Below are positions 10,046-18,127 of a DNA stretch of 64,000 bases, piece by piece. The notes below the pieces were generated by a model, which ran no database searches, was not told where the DNA came from, and saw nothing but the letters and a program-made list of their open reading frames with translations. Made by a program: the position numbers and the translations under genes. The DNA is from a virus (taxonomy: Duplodnaviria > Caudoviricetes). Where the stretch lies: positions 27,918 through 91,917 of IMG/VR virus record IMGVR_UViG_3300033075_001896. The stretch is one strand, 5' to 3'. Position 1 is the first letter of the stretch. Each line of letters begins with the position of its first letter.

Positions 10046-11718
10046 CCCTCCGCGCCGCCCTCTACGCCCGCCGCTCCACCGAGGAGCACCAGCGCGAGTC
10101 GATCGCCACCCAGGTCGAGAACGCCACCGCCTACGCCCGCGCGAAGCGCTGGACGATCACCCACACCTTCACTGACGAGGGCGTGAGCGGGGCGGAGTTC
10201 GTGCGCCGACCGGGGCTCGCGGCGCTCCTCGCGGCGTGCGCCGAGCGTGAGGTCGACGCGGTGATCGTGCGCGACCTCGACCGCATCGGCCGCGACACGC
10301 TCGAAGTGCCCGTGATCGTGCGGCGCCTCGGGGAGCAGGGCGTCGCGGTCTGGTGCTACGCGACCGACGCGCAGGTGCGCGCCGACGACCCCCTCTCCGC
10401 GTTCATCGCGGCGGCCACGTCCTTCGCGCGCGACATGGAGCGGCACGCGCTCGTCTCGCGCATCAAGGAGTCGCTCCGGCGCAAGGCCAAGAACGGCCTC
10501 GTCGCGGGCGGCGACGTGTACGGCTACGGCCGCGACCGGCGGCCCGACGGCGTGCACTACGTGATCGACGAGGCCGAGGCCGAGGTCGTCCGCGACATCT
10601 TCGAGCGCCGCGCGCAGGGCGAGGGGCTCCGCACGATCCTCCGCGCGCTCAACGCCCGACGCGTCCCCTCGCCGCGCGCGGGGAGCCGCGGCACCGGGTC
10701 GTGGTCGGTGAGCGTCCTGCAGGGCATGCTCTCGAACGAGCGCTACCGCGGCGTGCTCGTCTGGGGGCGCACCGGGGCGGAGTACGCGGGCCGCACGCGG
10801 AAGACCGTCGTGCGCGACGAGAGCCAGGTGGTGCGCGTCGAGCGCGAGGACCTTCGGATCGTGTCCGATGAGCTCTGGCACCGCGCGCAGGCCCGCACCG
10901 ACAAGGACCTCGTGAAGCGCGGGCTCACGGTCGCGCACGGCAAGCCAAAATTCCTCCTGGCCGGGCTCGCGCGGTGCGCCGTCTGCGGCGGGCCGATCCG
11001 CGCCCTGCACCGCCGCCGCAACAAGACCACGATCCGCGTGTACGGGTGCGCGTGGCGCGACGAGCGCGGCCCGGCCGTGTGCACCAACTCCACGCGCCGC
11101 CCCGTCGAGGCGTGCGAGGACGCAATCCTCCAGTGGTTCCGAAACCACGTGCTCGACGACACGGCCGTCGCGTACGTGCTCCACCGCGCGCAGGCGCTCC
11201 TCGCCGAGGAGCGCACGAAGGTCGGCGACGACCCCACGCTCGCGCTCGCCGCCGAGCTCGCCGAGGTCGAGCGCGAGGTCGCGCGTCTGACGCAGGCGGT
11301 GGTCGCGGGCGCGGGCTCCGTGCAGGCGGTCGTGGAGGCCCTCACCGCGCGCGACCGGCGGGCGAAGGAGCTGCGCGCCGAGATCGCCCGCGTCCGCGCC
11401 GAGAACGCGGAGCCGTTGCCCGAGTGGCCCGAGGCCCTCGACGACCTCCGCGCGCGGCTCGCGTCGCTGCGGGAGGAGTTCCGCAAGGGGGTGGACGAGG
11501 CGCGCGAGGTGCTCCGACGGTTCCTCGTCGGCCCGATCCTCTTCGCGCCCGTGGTGTTCGGGCCCCGTCACCACCGTTTCCAGATCACCGGAAAGGCCCT
11601 CGGTGGGAGGGGATTGTTGGCGTCCCTAGATGGGACCGAACAATCACCTTCCACTGCGAGAGGCCCCCTCCCTACCAGAGCGGTCGACGAGACTCAAGCG
11701 TTTCTTACGGCGGCGTAG
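10042..11718 (+). CDS. Large serine recombinase (integrase)
   Basis: YARRS catalytic Ser, DEGVSG, RDLDRIGR, recombinase domain (YGY, NERYRG), Zn ribbon (LAGLARCAVCG...YGC...C), coiled coil. Confidence 0.95.
   Translation: MTLRAALYARRSTEEHQRESIATQVENATAYARAKRWTITHTFTDEGVSGAEFVRRPGLAALLAACAEREVDAVIVRDLDRIGRDTLEVPVIVRRLGEQGVAVWCYATDAQVRADDPLSAFIAAATSFARDMERHALVSRIKESLRRKAKNGLVAGGDVYGYGRDRRPDGVHYVIDEAEAEVVRDIFERRAQGEGLRTILRALNARRVPSPRAGSRGTGSWSVSVLQGMLSNERYRGVLVWGRTGAEYAGRTRKTVVRDESQVVRVEREDLRIVSDELWHRAQARTDKDLVKRGLTVAHGKPKFLLAGLARCAVCGGPIRALHRRRNKTTIRVYGCAWRDERGPAVCTNSTRRPVEACEDAILQWFRNHVLDDTAVAYVLHRAQALLAEERTKVGDDPTLALAAELAEVEREVARLTQAVVAGAGSVQAVVEALTARDRRAKELRAEIARVRAENAEPLPEWPEALDDLRARLASLREEFRKGVDEAREVLRRFLVGPILFAPVVFGPRHHRFQITGKALGGRGLLASLDGTEQSPSTARGPLPTRAVDETQAFLTAA
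11603..11654. other. Candidate attP: imperfect inverted repeat inside the integrase 3' end
   Basis: GTGGGAGG-G-GATTGTT..GTCCC-TAGAT-GGGAC..AACAATC-A-CCTTCCAC; lower GC than flanks. Confidence 0.55.
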
Positions 11719-11724
11719 GGGTGC

Positions 11725-11740
11725 TGGCACTCGGGCTGCA
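11725..11740 (+). promoter_or_regulatory. Putative sigma54 -24/-12 promoter
   Basis: TGGCACTCGGGCTGCA, 13 nt before ATG 11753. Confidence 0.6.
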
Positions 11741-11752
11741 CATCCGTGCAGC

Positions 11753-12184
11753 ATGCGTAAGTCGCACCTGCCGCGGAAGGGGCCGCGGCGTCCCGAACCC
11801 CGTCGCCCCGCTCGACCCGACCCGTCGCGCCCGAAGTGGGTCCGCAACCGCGACGCGCCGACGACCGTCCTCGTCACGAAGCACGCGATGGACCGCTACC
11901 GGCTGCGCTTCGCGCACGCGATGGACGCGCGCTCGGACGGGGAGATCGAGGCGCACCTCCGCGCGCTCCTGGCCGACTCGGACGCGATCGGCGAGCGCGA
12001 CGACCAGGGGGTCCTCTGCGCGCTCCATCGGCCGCGCGCGGAGATCGACGTGCTGCTGGTCTTGAAGCCCGATCAGGCACCCGGGGCGCCGCAAGGGCGT
12101 CGGGTGCTCGTGACGGTCATCTGGCCGCCGAAGCGCGCGACGAGCACGCACGGCCCGACCCCCTACACGCCGCCCGCGGCGTAA
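11753..12184 (+). CDS. Hypothetical protein
   Basis: VTKHAMDRYRLR...VLVTV pattern; start MRKSHLP. Confidence 0.55.
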   Translation: MRKSHLPRKGPRRPEPRRPARPDPSRPKWVRNRDAPTTVLVTKHAMDRYRLRFAHAMDARSDGEIEAHLRALLADSDAIGERDDQGVLCALHRPRAEIDVLLVLKPDQAPGAPQGRRVLVTVIWPPKRATSTHGPTPYTPPAA

Positions 12185-12199
12185 GATCCCCGGAGACCC

Positions 12200-12505
12200 A
12201 TGAACCTCCATGACCCCGTTCTCAACACATACGACCTCGTGGATCGTCTGGTGAAGGTCCTCGGACTCGATGCGGATCGGGCCGCCGCGGTCGAGCGGCA
12301 GGTGCGCGCGCACTCCGAGGCGCACCGTACGTGGACCTTCCTGTGGGCGGTCGCAGAGCCGCCGCGCCCCCTCCCGTTGCAGGCGTGGATGGACGCCGCG
12401 CCGGAAACGCAAGTGTCGCGCACCGCGGTGCTCTCGTTTGAACGGGGACAGCTCGTGTCGATCGCGGCCTTCGACGGCCTGCCGGTGTGGTCGGCTACGG
12501 CGTGA
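12200..12505 (+). CDS. Hypothetical protein
   Basis: GGAG upstream; last gene of the + strand block. Confidence 0.5.
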   Translation: MNLHDPVLNTYDLVDRLVKVLGLDADRAAAVERQVRAHSEAHRTWTFLWAVAEPPRPLPLQAWMDAAPETQVSRTAVLSFERGQLVSIAAFDGLPVWSATA

Positions 12506-13520
12506 CGAGGTGGATTCCCATCGCGCAGGCGGTGTCCTCACCCGCCCATCCATCGACGGCGATCTTCGCGTTCTCGGGCGCGGTGGCGTTGTAGCTCCGC
12601 TGCCACGCGCGCACGGCCTCGCGCGCGTCCACCCCCGGCCCCGCGTGCCCCTCGCGGAGGAGAATCTGCACGATCTTCACCGCGGCGAGCGTCACCGCGT
12701 CGGGCCACGGGTCGCACCAGAGGATGAGCGGCGCGTTCGGCCGCACGCAGCGATCGAGGAGCGCGTGCACCTGTTCGTGCAGCTTCCACCGATACGCCTG
12801 GAGCGTGACGTAGAGCGGACGGTCGAGGCCCTCGGCGGCGAGCGCCGGGGTGATGTTCGCCCACTCCTTGTCCATGCGTTCGAACGTCGGGCGGTAGAAG
12901 GCCCCCTGCGCGTTGTAGATGTACGCCTGCCGGAACCTGCCGAGGTCGCAGACGACCGCGAACTCGTCCACGGGAAAGCCCCGGAAGACGCCCCCGTGCT
13001 CGATCGGCCGCGCGGTGCGGCGCACGTCGCCGTGGGCCTCGATCGCGTACCAGGGCTGATCGCCCACCCGCGCGGACGGCGCGCGACGGCGCAGGGCCTC
13101 GCCGAGTTCGAGCGCCCCTTGCTCGTCCATGTCGTCGGCCGGGCCGAGGTCCGAGTCCCACTGCCCCTCGGCGTCGAGGAGCCCGAAGCGGCACTTGGGT
13201 GCGGCGAGCACCTGTCCGACGAGATCGCCCTTCGCGCGGGCCGAGAGGTCACGGCTGTCGAGCCCCCACGACGCCCCCGCGGGCACGCCGTAGGTGTCGG
13301 CCAGGGCTTCGAGCCGGGGCCACGCATCGCGGAGGTCCTCGCAGAAGCCGTGGAAGACCACGCCGCGGACGAGGCCCTGCGTGCGCAGGCCCGCGATCTC
13401 GCGGACGTAGCGCGCGAGCGTGTCGCGCCGGGCCTGGAGGGTGTTCCCGCGGATCGCGCCGCGGTAGATCTGGAGGTACACGCCCGGGTCGATCCCGGGC
13501 GCGGCGGTCGGCGTGGTCAT
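12495..13520 (-). CDS. Putative endolysin (glycoside-hydrolase-like barrel plus C-terminal peptidoglycan-binding domain)
   Basis: LLDAE acidic motif; C-terminal AVRAWQRSYN...IAVDGWAGEDT typical of PG_binding_1; lysis context. Confidence 0.65.
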   Translation of the reverse strand: MTTPTAAPGIDPGVYLQIYRGAIRGNTLQARRDTLARYVREIAGLRTQGLVRGVVFHGFCEDLRDAWPRLEALADTYGVPAGASWGLDSRDLSARAKGDLVGQVLAAPKCRFGLLDAEGQWDSDLGPADDMDEQGALELGEALRRRAPSARVGDQPWYAIEAHGDVRRTARPIEHGGVFRGFPVDEFAVVCDLGRFRQAYIYNAQGAFYRPTFERMDKEWANITPALAAEGLDRPLYVTLQAYRWKLHEQVHALLDRCVRPNAPLILWCDPWPDAVTLAAVKIVQILLREGHAGPGVDAREAVRAWQRSYNATAPENAKIAVDGWAGEDTACAMGIHLVTP

Positions 13521-13696
13521 GGGCGCTCACCTCGGCGGAGGAAGGTCCCCTCGTTCGCCCGCAGCCGCGCGCAGGCGCACTGCGCCTCGGACGGGCACGT
13601 GCAGCGCGGGAGGAAGCCCGTCTGAAGGGGCTCCTCCCCGCGTCCGCGCAGCACCTCGGCCGGGGGCTTCGGAGGGGGTTGGCAGGGGTCACTCAT
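13517..13696 (-). CDS. 59-aa Cys-containing protein
   Basis: Read from sequence: MSDPCQPPPK...CTCPSEAQCAC...GERP; preceded by the TGAC motif; ATGA overlap with the endolysin. Confidence 0.5.
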   Translation of the reverse strand: MSDPCQPPPKPPAEVLRGRGEEPLQTGFLPRCTCPSEAQCACARLRANEGTFLRRGERP

Positions 13697-13711
13697 GCCC
13701 CTTGCCGCGCG

Positions 13712-14482
13712 TCAACGCGGCGGCGGGACGGTGGGCGCCGCGACGCGCACGGCGCGGACGGCGTGGAGTTCGCCCGTCCAGAAGACGTGCGTCGCGTAGG
13801 CGTAGGGGAGCCACGCGCGGCCCTGATCGCCCCAGGTGCTCCCCCACGAGTTCTGGATTCGAAAGGCCTTTCGCGCGTCGGAGTAGCCCACGAGGCAGAG
13901 GGCGTGTCCGCCCACGTAGACGCCCGAGGGGAGCGGGACCGTCGCGTCCTCCCCGAGACGTTCGAACGACTCGTAGATCCGCGCCCCCATCACGACGGGG
14001 TGGCCCGACGCGAGCTCCCACCGGAGCGTGTCGAGGTCCCAATCCAGGGGCTCCCAGGTGAGGAGCCGCGCGCGGCCGCGGTCGCGCTCGAGCTTCGTGG
14101 GCGGCGGGCCGCGGAAGTCGAGGCTGTGCTCCGCGAAGGGCCAGAGCGTGTCGGGGGCGAAGCCCGCCGTCTCGGCGTGCGTGAGCACGTCGGCGAGCAT
14201 CGCCCCGGCGTCGCGCTCGACCGTGCCCGCGCGCATCCGGCCGCCCCGGTAGAGGTCGAGCGGGGACGGGAACCACGACGCCGACCCTTGGAAGAGGAGC
14301 CGGAGGTAGAGGGCCAGCGCGGCCGCGTGGCCGGTGCAGCTCCCGAGCGGGCCCTGGTCGGTCGCCGGGTGCAGGTGCGCGAGCTCGACGTGGGGCGCGA
14401 GCGCGAGGAGATCGGACGCGGAGGCGCGCGTGCGCGTCCCGCGGTGCCCTTCGGGGGGCGGTGTCCAGCCGAAAGCCCTCAT
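13712..14482 (-). CDS. Papain-like C1 cysteine peptidase
   Basis: DQGPLGSCTGHA (catalytic Cys), GGHALCLVGY (His), QNSWG (Asn). Confidence 0.92.
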   Translation of the reverse strand: MRAFGWTPPPEGHRGTRTRASASDLLALAPHVELAHLHPATDQGPLGSCTGHAAALALYLRLLFQGSASWFPSPLDLYRGGRMRAGTVERDAGAMLADVLTHAETAGFAPDTLWPFAEHSLDFRGPPPTKLERDRGRARLLTWEPLDWDLDTLRWELASGHPVVMGARIYESFERLGEDATVPLPSGVYVGGHALCLVGYSDARKAFRIQNSWGSTWGDQGRAWLPYAYATHVFWTGELHAVRAVRVAAPTVPPPR

Positions 14483-14562
14483 GGCGTCCCGCGGACCTTC
14501 CAACGCACGACGGCGAAGGCGAGCATAAGCGCGCCGAGGAGGATGAAGCCGAGGAGCATCAT
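14479..14562 (-). CDS. 27-aa single-TM peptide
   Basis: MMLLGFILLGALMLAFAVVRWKVRGTP; ATGA overlaps on both sides. Confidence 0.55.
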   Translation of the reverse strand: MMLLGFILLGALMLAFAVVRWKVRGTP

Positions 14563-15146
14563 CGGACGCCACCGTCGGGCGGGTGAAGGTGGTCGAGGTC
14601 GCGGCGCAGGATCACGCCGCGGGACGCGGCGCGCAGCTCCAGCTCGCGCAGTTCCGCGTTGGTCGCGCGGCCTTCGGAGCGCCACCCGGCGTCCCCGTCG
14701 CACCCGGGCACGAGCGTATCGACCAGGGCGGCGACGGTGTCGGTCACGCGCTCGAGGACCCGACCGAGCGCCACCCCGTTGTCCGTGAGGGTCTGCGCGG
14801 CGACGACGAGCGCGGTGCGGACGCCCCCGACGGCCGCGTGCGCGGCGCATCGGTCGCCGCCCCGTTGCTCGTACGCATCGAGGGCGGTCTGGAGACCCTC
14901 GGCGGCCGTCGCGACGCCATCGAGGGCGCGGCCCACGACCGTCCGTGCAGGTTCGGGGAGGATCAGGTCGGTGATGGCGTGCGCGGCGGGCACGGCCCAC
15001 GTCAGGGTCGTGAGCACCGTGCGCGCGGTGTCCGTCCAGCTCGACGGCGTGACGGCGGGCGTGTCGGGCGAGGGTGGGGGGAGGGGGCGGCACGCGCCGA
15101 TGAGCGCGAGCACCAGGGCGAGGAGAAACAGTCGGAGGATCTTCAT
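14559..15146 (-). CDS. Lipoprotein in the lysis cassette (spanin-like?)
   Basis: Signal peptide and lipobox MKILRLFLLALVLALIGAC; helical body. Confidence 0.7.
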   Translation of the reverse strand: MKILRLFLLALVLALIGACRPLPPPSPDTPAVTPSSWTDTARTVLTTLTWAVPAAHAITDLILPEPARTVVGRALDGVATAAEGLQTALDAYEQRGGDRCAAHAAVGGVRTALVVAAQTLTDNGVALGRVLERVTDTVAALVDTLVPGCDGDAGWRSEGRATNAELRELELRAASRGVILRRDLDHLHPPDGGVR

Positions 15147-15833
15147 GCCCCTCCGCGGGGTGTCATCCCCGCGGCGCGTTAGCAGGCTTCGAGGTAGCCG
15201 CCGCGCAGGAAGCCGTGGTAGTCGCCCGCGAGGATCGACCCCCCGCCCGCGCCGCAGGTGTGCCCGTTCTTGTCGACGGTGATCGCGGGGACCGCGCCGT
15301 GCCGCACCCAACAGCGGTGCGCGTTGTCGTCGGGCATCGTGCAGTTCGCTGCGCGCGAGTCGATCGTCCAGTCGCGGCCGTTCGGCAGGCGCACCGTGAG
15401 GCAGTAGTCATCATCCCCGACGTGGAACGACCCCACGAGGCCGTGCAGCCACTCGGCGTCCCACATCGCGCCGATCGGCGCCTCCTTGAGCGTCGTCGGT
15501 TCGCCGCCGTCCGAGCGCGCGTAGAGCGCCTCCTCGCGCACCTGATAGGGGTCCGTCGGGGCGAAGGGCTGCTTGCACGCCTCGCAGTGCGTCGGGTAGC
15601 GCGGGTCGTCGTGGGGGTAGCGCTCGGCGTCGTCCGCGTCGCGCGGGGGGCGCCCGTTGAGCGCGACCGTCGCGACGCCCTTCGTCGTCGCGTCGCAGCC
15701 CCAGGCGCCCTTCACGGTGCAGGGGCGGGTGGAGGTCGGGGAGAAGCGCCGAAGGTCCACGCGGGCCTCGCCCGTCGGCGTGAGGAAGAAGCAGGGGACG
15801 CGTTCCATGCCCCTCCGCGGGGTGTCATCCCCG
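15144..15833. repeat. Exact 28-bp direct repeat (15144-15171 and 15806-15833)
   Basis: CATGCCCCTCCGCGGGGTGTCATCCCCG occurs twice. Confidence 0.95.
15179..15808 (-). CDS. Cys/His-rich protein, DUF6527-like C-terminus
   Basis: C-terminal ...GGSILAGDYHGFLRGG; several Cys. Confidence 0.6.
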   Translation of the reverse strand: MERVPCFFLTPTGEARVDLRRFSPTSTRPCTVKGAWGCDATTKGVATVALNGRPPRDADDAERYPHDDPRYPTHCEACKQPFAPTDPYQVREEALYARSDGGEPTTLKEAPIGAMWDAEWLHGLVGSFHVGDDDYCLTVRLPNGRDWTIDSRAANCTMPDDNAHRCWVRHGAVPAITVDKNGHTCGAGGGSILAGDYHGFLRGGYLEAC

Positions 15834-16607
15834 TAGGCGGTCGGCGAGCTCGGTGACGAGCGGGATGCCGCCGCCGACGCCGAGCACCGCGAGGTGCGAG
15901 AGCCCCCGCACGTCGAGCGCGTCGCCGAGGAGCGCGAACCCGACCATCGCCGCCGCGCCGCCCGCGGCCGTCACGGGCCGGGCCTTGGCCGCCTTGAGCG
16001 CGCCCTCGACCCCGAGGGCCATCACGGACAGCGCGACCACGACGGGCGTCGGGACGGTGTGGCCGCGGCTCTCGAAGTAGAGCGTCACGACGGTCGTCAG
16101 GATGGCGATGAGGCCGCGCAACATGCGGCGGCTGTGGAGGTCGGCGATCTCGACGCGCGGGTCGCGCGGGGCAGGCGACGTACTCGCGTCGACGGCCGTC
16201 GCCACCAGGTCGGACTTCGGCGCGGGCGGCACCGCGCTCGTCGGCACGGCCGTCGTGCGACCCGGGCGCGCGAGGAGCTCGTGCACGAGGCTGCGCAGCA
16301 CGGCGGGCTCGAAGGGCTTGGAGAGGTAGCGCCACCCGCGCTCCCCTGCGATGCGCTCCAGCTCCTTTCCGTCCGCGCCCGAGAAGAGGAGCACCGGGAG
16401 CTGCTGCGCGGTGAGCGCGTCGTGGAGGCGCTCGGTCGCGACGCCGAGCACGAGGTCGAGGAGCACCGCGTCCGGTCGGTCGGCGAGGATCGCGGCGAGC
16501 GCGTCGCCCACGTCGCGGGCCTCGGTGACGGCGTGCTCCGGGCGGAGCATCGCCGCGACGGCGGCGCGTACCGCGTCGTTGTCGTCGATGAGAAGGATCT
16601 TCGGCAT
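15825..16607 (-). CDS. Response-regulator receiver domain fused to 3-4 TM helices (holin candidate)
   Basis: KILLIDDN, DAVLLDLVL (phospho-Asp), LLFSG, YLSKPF; hydrophobic C-terminal third. Confidence 0.85.
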   Translation of the reverse strand: MPKILLIDDNDAVRAAVAAMLRPEHAVTEARDVGDALAAILADRPDAVLLDLVLGVATERLHDALTAQQLPVLLFSGADGKELERIAGERGWRYLSKPFEPAVLRSLVHELLARPGRTTAVPTSAVPPAPKSDLVATAVDASTSPAPRDPRVEIADLHSRRMLRGLIAILTTVVTLYFESRGHTVPTPVVVALSVMALGVEGALKAAKARPVTAAGGAAAMVGFALLGDALDVRGLSHLAVLGVGGGIPLVTELADRLRG

Positions 16608-16682
16608 GGTCGCTCGTCGGTGATCCCGCAGCGCGGGAGGGACCGTCCCGCAGTGGGGCGGCGTTCACCGCTCGACACGACG

Positions 16683-16925
16683 TCACCCCGGCGGCGGAGC
16701 GGGCGCGGGCTCGATCACCCAGGTGGGCGGGAGCGGATCGGGGGCGGGCGCGAACCCCGGCGCCCCGGGCGGAGCGGCTTCGCGCACCTCCACGAGCGGG
16801 TCTTCGGTGTCGCCGACCTCGCGCGGGGTGCGGTAGATCGTGGCGCCCTCCCCGCGAAGGGAGTGGAGCAGATAGTTGCGAATGCCCCGGTGCGGCGAAG
16901 GGGGGATGCGACGGTAGACGGCCAT
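16683..16925 (-). CDS. Small Pro-rich protein after the tail fibre
   Basis: MAVYRRIPP; starts 2 nt after the upstream stop. Confidence 0.5.
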   Translation of the reverse strand: MAVYRRIPPSPHRGIRNYLLHSLRGEGATIYRTPREVGDTEDPLVEVREAAPPGAPGFAPAPDPLPPTWVIEPAPAPPPG

Positions 16926-16927
16926 GG

Positions 16928-18124
16928 TCAGACGCCTCCAGGGCGACCCGTGCGGATCGCGTGAATCGCCACGTCGAGATTCACACCGGAGCCCGTCGTG
17001 AGCCCCACGATCACGCAGTACGTCCCGGCCGCGCAGCGCACGGCGTTCCGCGCCGCGGCGGCATACCCGAGCCCCGCGTGATCGATCGTGCTGTAGATCG
17101 GGACCCACTTCGTCGGGAGCGCACCCGACGTGCCCGTGTTGATGCCGTACTTCCACGACACGGCGTCGTGCGTGCGCGTGATGAGGAACCACAGCTCCCC
17201 GCCCGTGCGCACGGCGTCGGTGAGGGCGGCTACCGAGATGATCGCGAGGGAGCTGTACGCCCCCGCATCGACGTACGCGGGCTCCACCTGCCCGTTCGTC
17301 CAGAAGGCGAAGTTGCAGGTGTTCTCGTCGTCGCTCCCGATGTTGAACACGATGCGCGTGGCCGAACTGCCGTCCCCGTTGAGGACCTGCACGCGCACCG
17401 CGAGGAGGCATTCCTCGGGCGACGTGAAGAGGTCGGGGATCTCCGCGCCGCAGAAGCCCATCGCCGCGGGGTCGACGTCCAGCGTGAGCTTGCCATCCGC
17501 CCACGTCGCGGTCGCCCCGCCCGTGGCGGTGAGCGCCGCCCACCCGTCGCCCGTCATGTCCTCGCTGCGCAGGCCCGCGGTCGTGGGCGCCGCCGACTGC
17601 CACACGCTCCCGTCGTAGGTGAGCACGTGCCCCGCCGTGGGCGACGTGGGCGCCTTGATCGCGCCGAGCTCGGCGAGCACGTCATCGGCGGTCGCGCCCA
17701 TCGAGCGGAAGCGCCACGCCCCGTTCACCCGCTTCCAAAGCGTGCCCGACCCGGAGCCCGAGGACACGTACCACTGGTCGCCCTCGCGCACGGGCGAGAG
17801 GGCGTCGCGCTCGGCGAGCGTGCCCGAGAGGACGCGCGCCCGCGCCGCGTAGCTCGTGCCCGAACCCGTGGAGAGGAGCATCTGCCCCGCGGCCGTGGCC
17901 GACGGGAGCGTCGCGCCGCCCATCGAGCGCCACGTGCTCCCGTCCCAGAGCGTCACGGCCGGCGTGTCGGTCGCGTAGTGGAGCGAGGGCTGCGCGGGGG
18001 ACGCGGGCCGCGACCCCGCCACGGTCGCGCCCGCCCACAGGACGGCCGTCTCGGGCTCGATGAGCGTCGGCGGCTGCGTCGGATCGACGAGGCGGCGACG
18101 GCTCGTGCCGGGGGAGAGCTGCAT
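16928..18124 (-). CDS. Tail fibre / receptor-binding protein
   Basis: Fibre-type repeats (YATDT..LWDGSTW, AGHVLTYDGSVW, GDQWY) and a beta-rich C-terminus. Confidence 0.7.
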   Translation of the reverse strand: MQLSPGTSRRRLVDPTQPPTLIEPETAVLWAGATVAGSRPASPAQPSLHYATDTPAVTLWDGSTWRSMGGATLPSATAAGQMLLSTGSGTSYAARARVLSGTLAERDALSPVREGDQWYVSSGSGSGTLWKRVNGAWRFRSMGATADDVLAELGAIKAPTSPTAGHVLTYDGSVWQSAAPTTAGLRSEDMTGDGWAALTATGGATATWADGKLTLDVDPAAMGFCGAEIPDLFTSPEECLLAVRVQVLNGDGSSATRIVFNIGSDDENTCNFAFWTNGQVEPAYVDAGAYSSLAIISVAALTDAVRTGGELWFLITRTHDAVSWKYGINTGTSGALPTKWVPIYSTIDHAGLGYAAAARNAVRCAAGTYCVIVGLTTGSGVNLDVAIHAIRTGRPGGV

Positions 18125-18127
18125 CGG

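Noticed and set aside
15147-15152. AGGGG just before start codons read as a Shine-Dalgarno
   Set aside because: Spacing of 1-4 nt is too short; leadered copies have a separate SD; one copy precedes a tRNA
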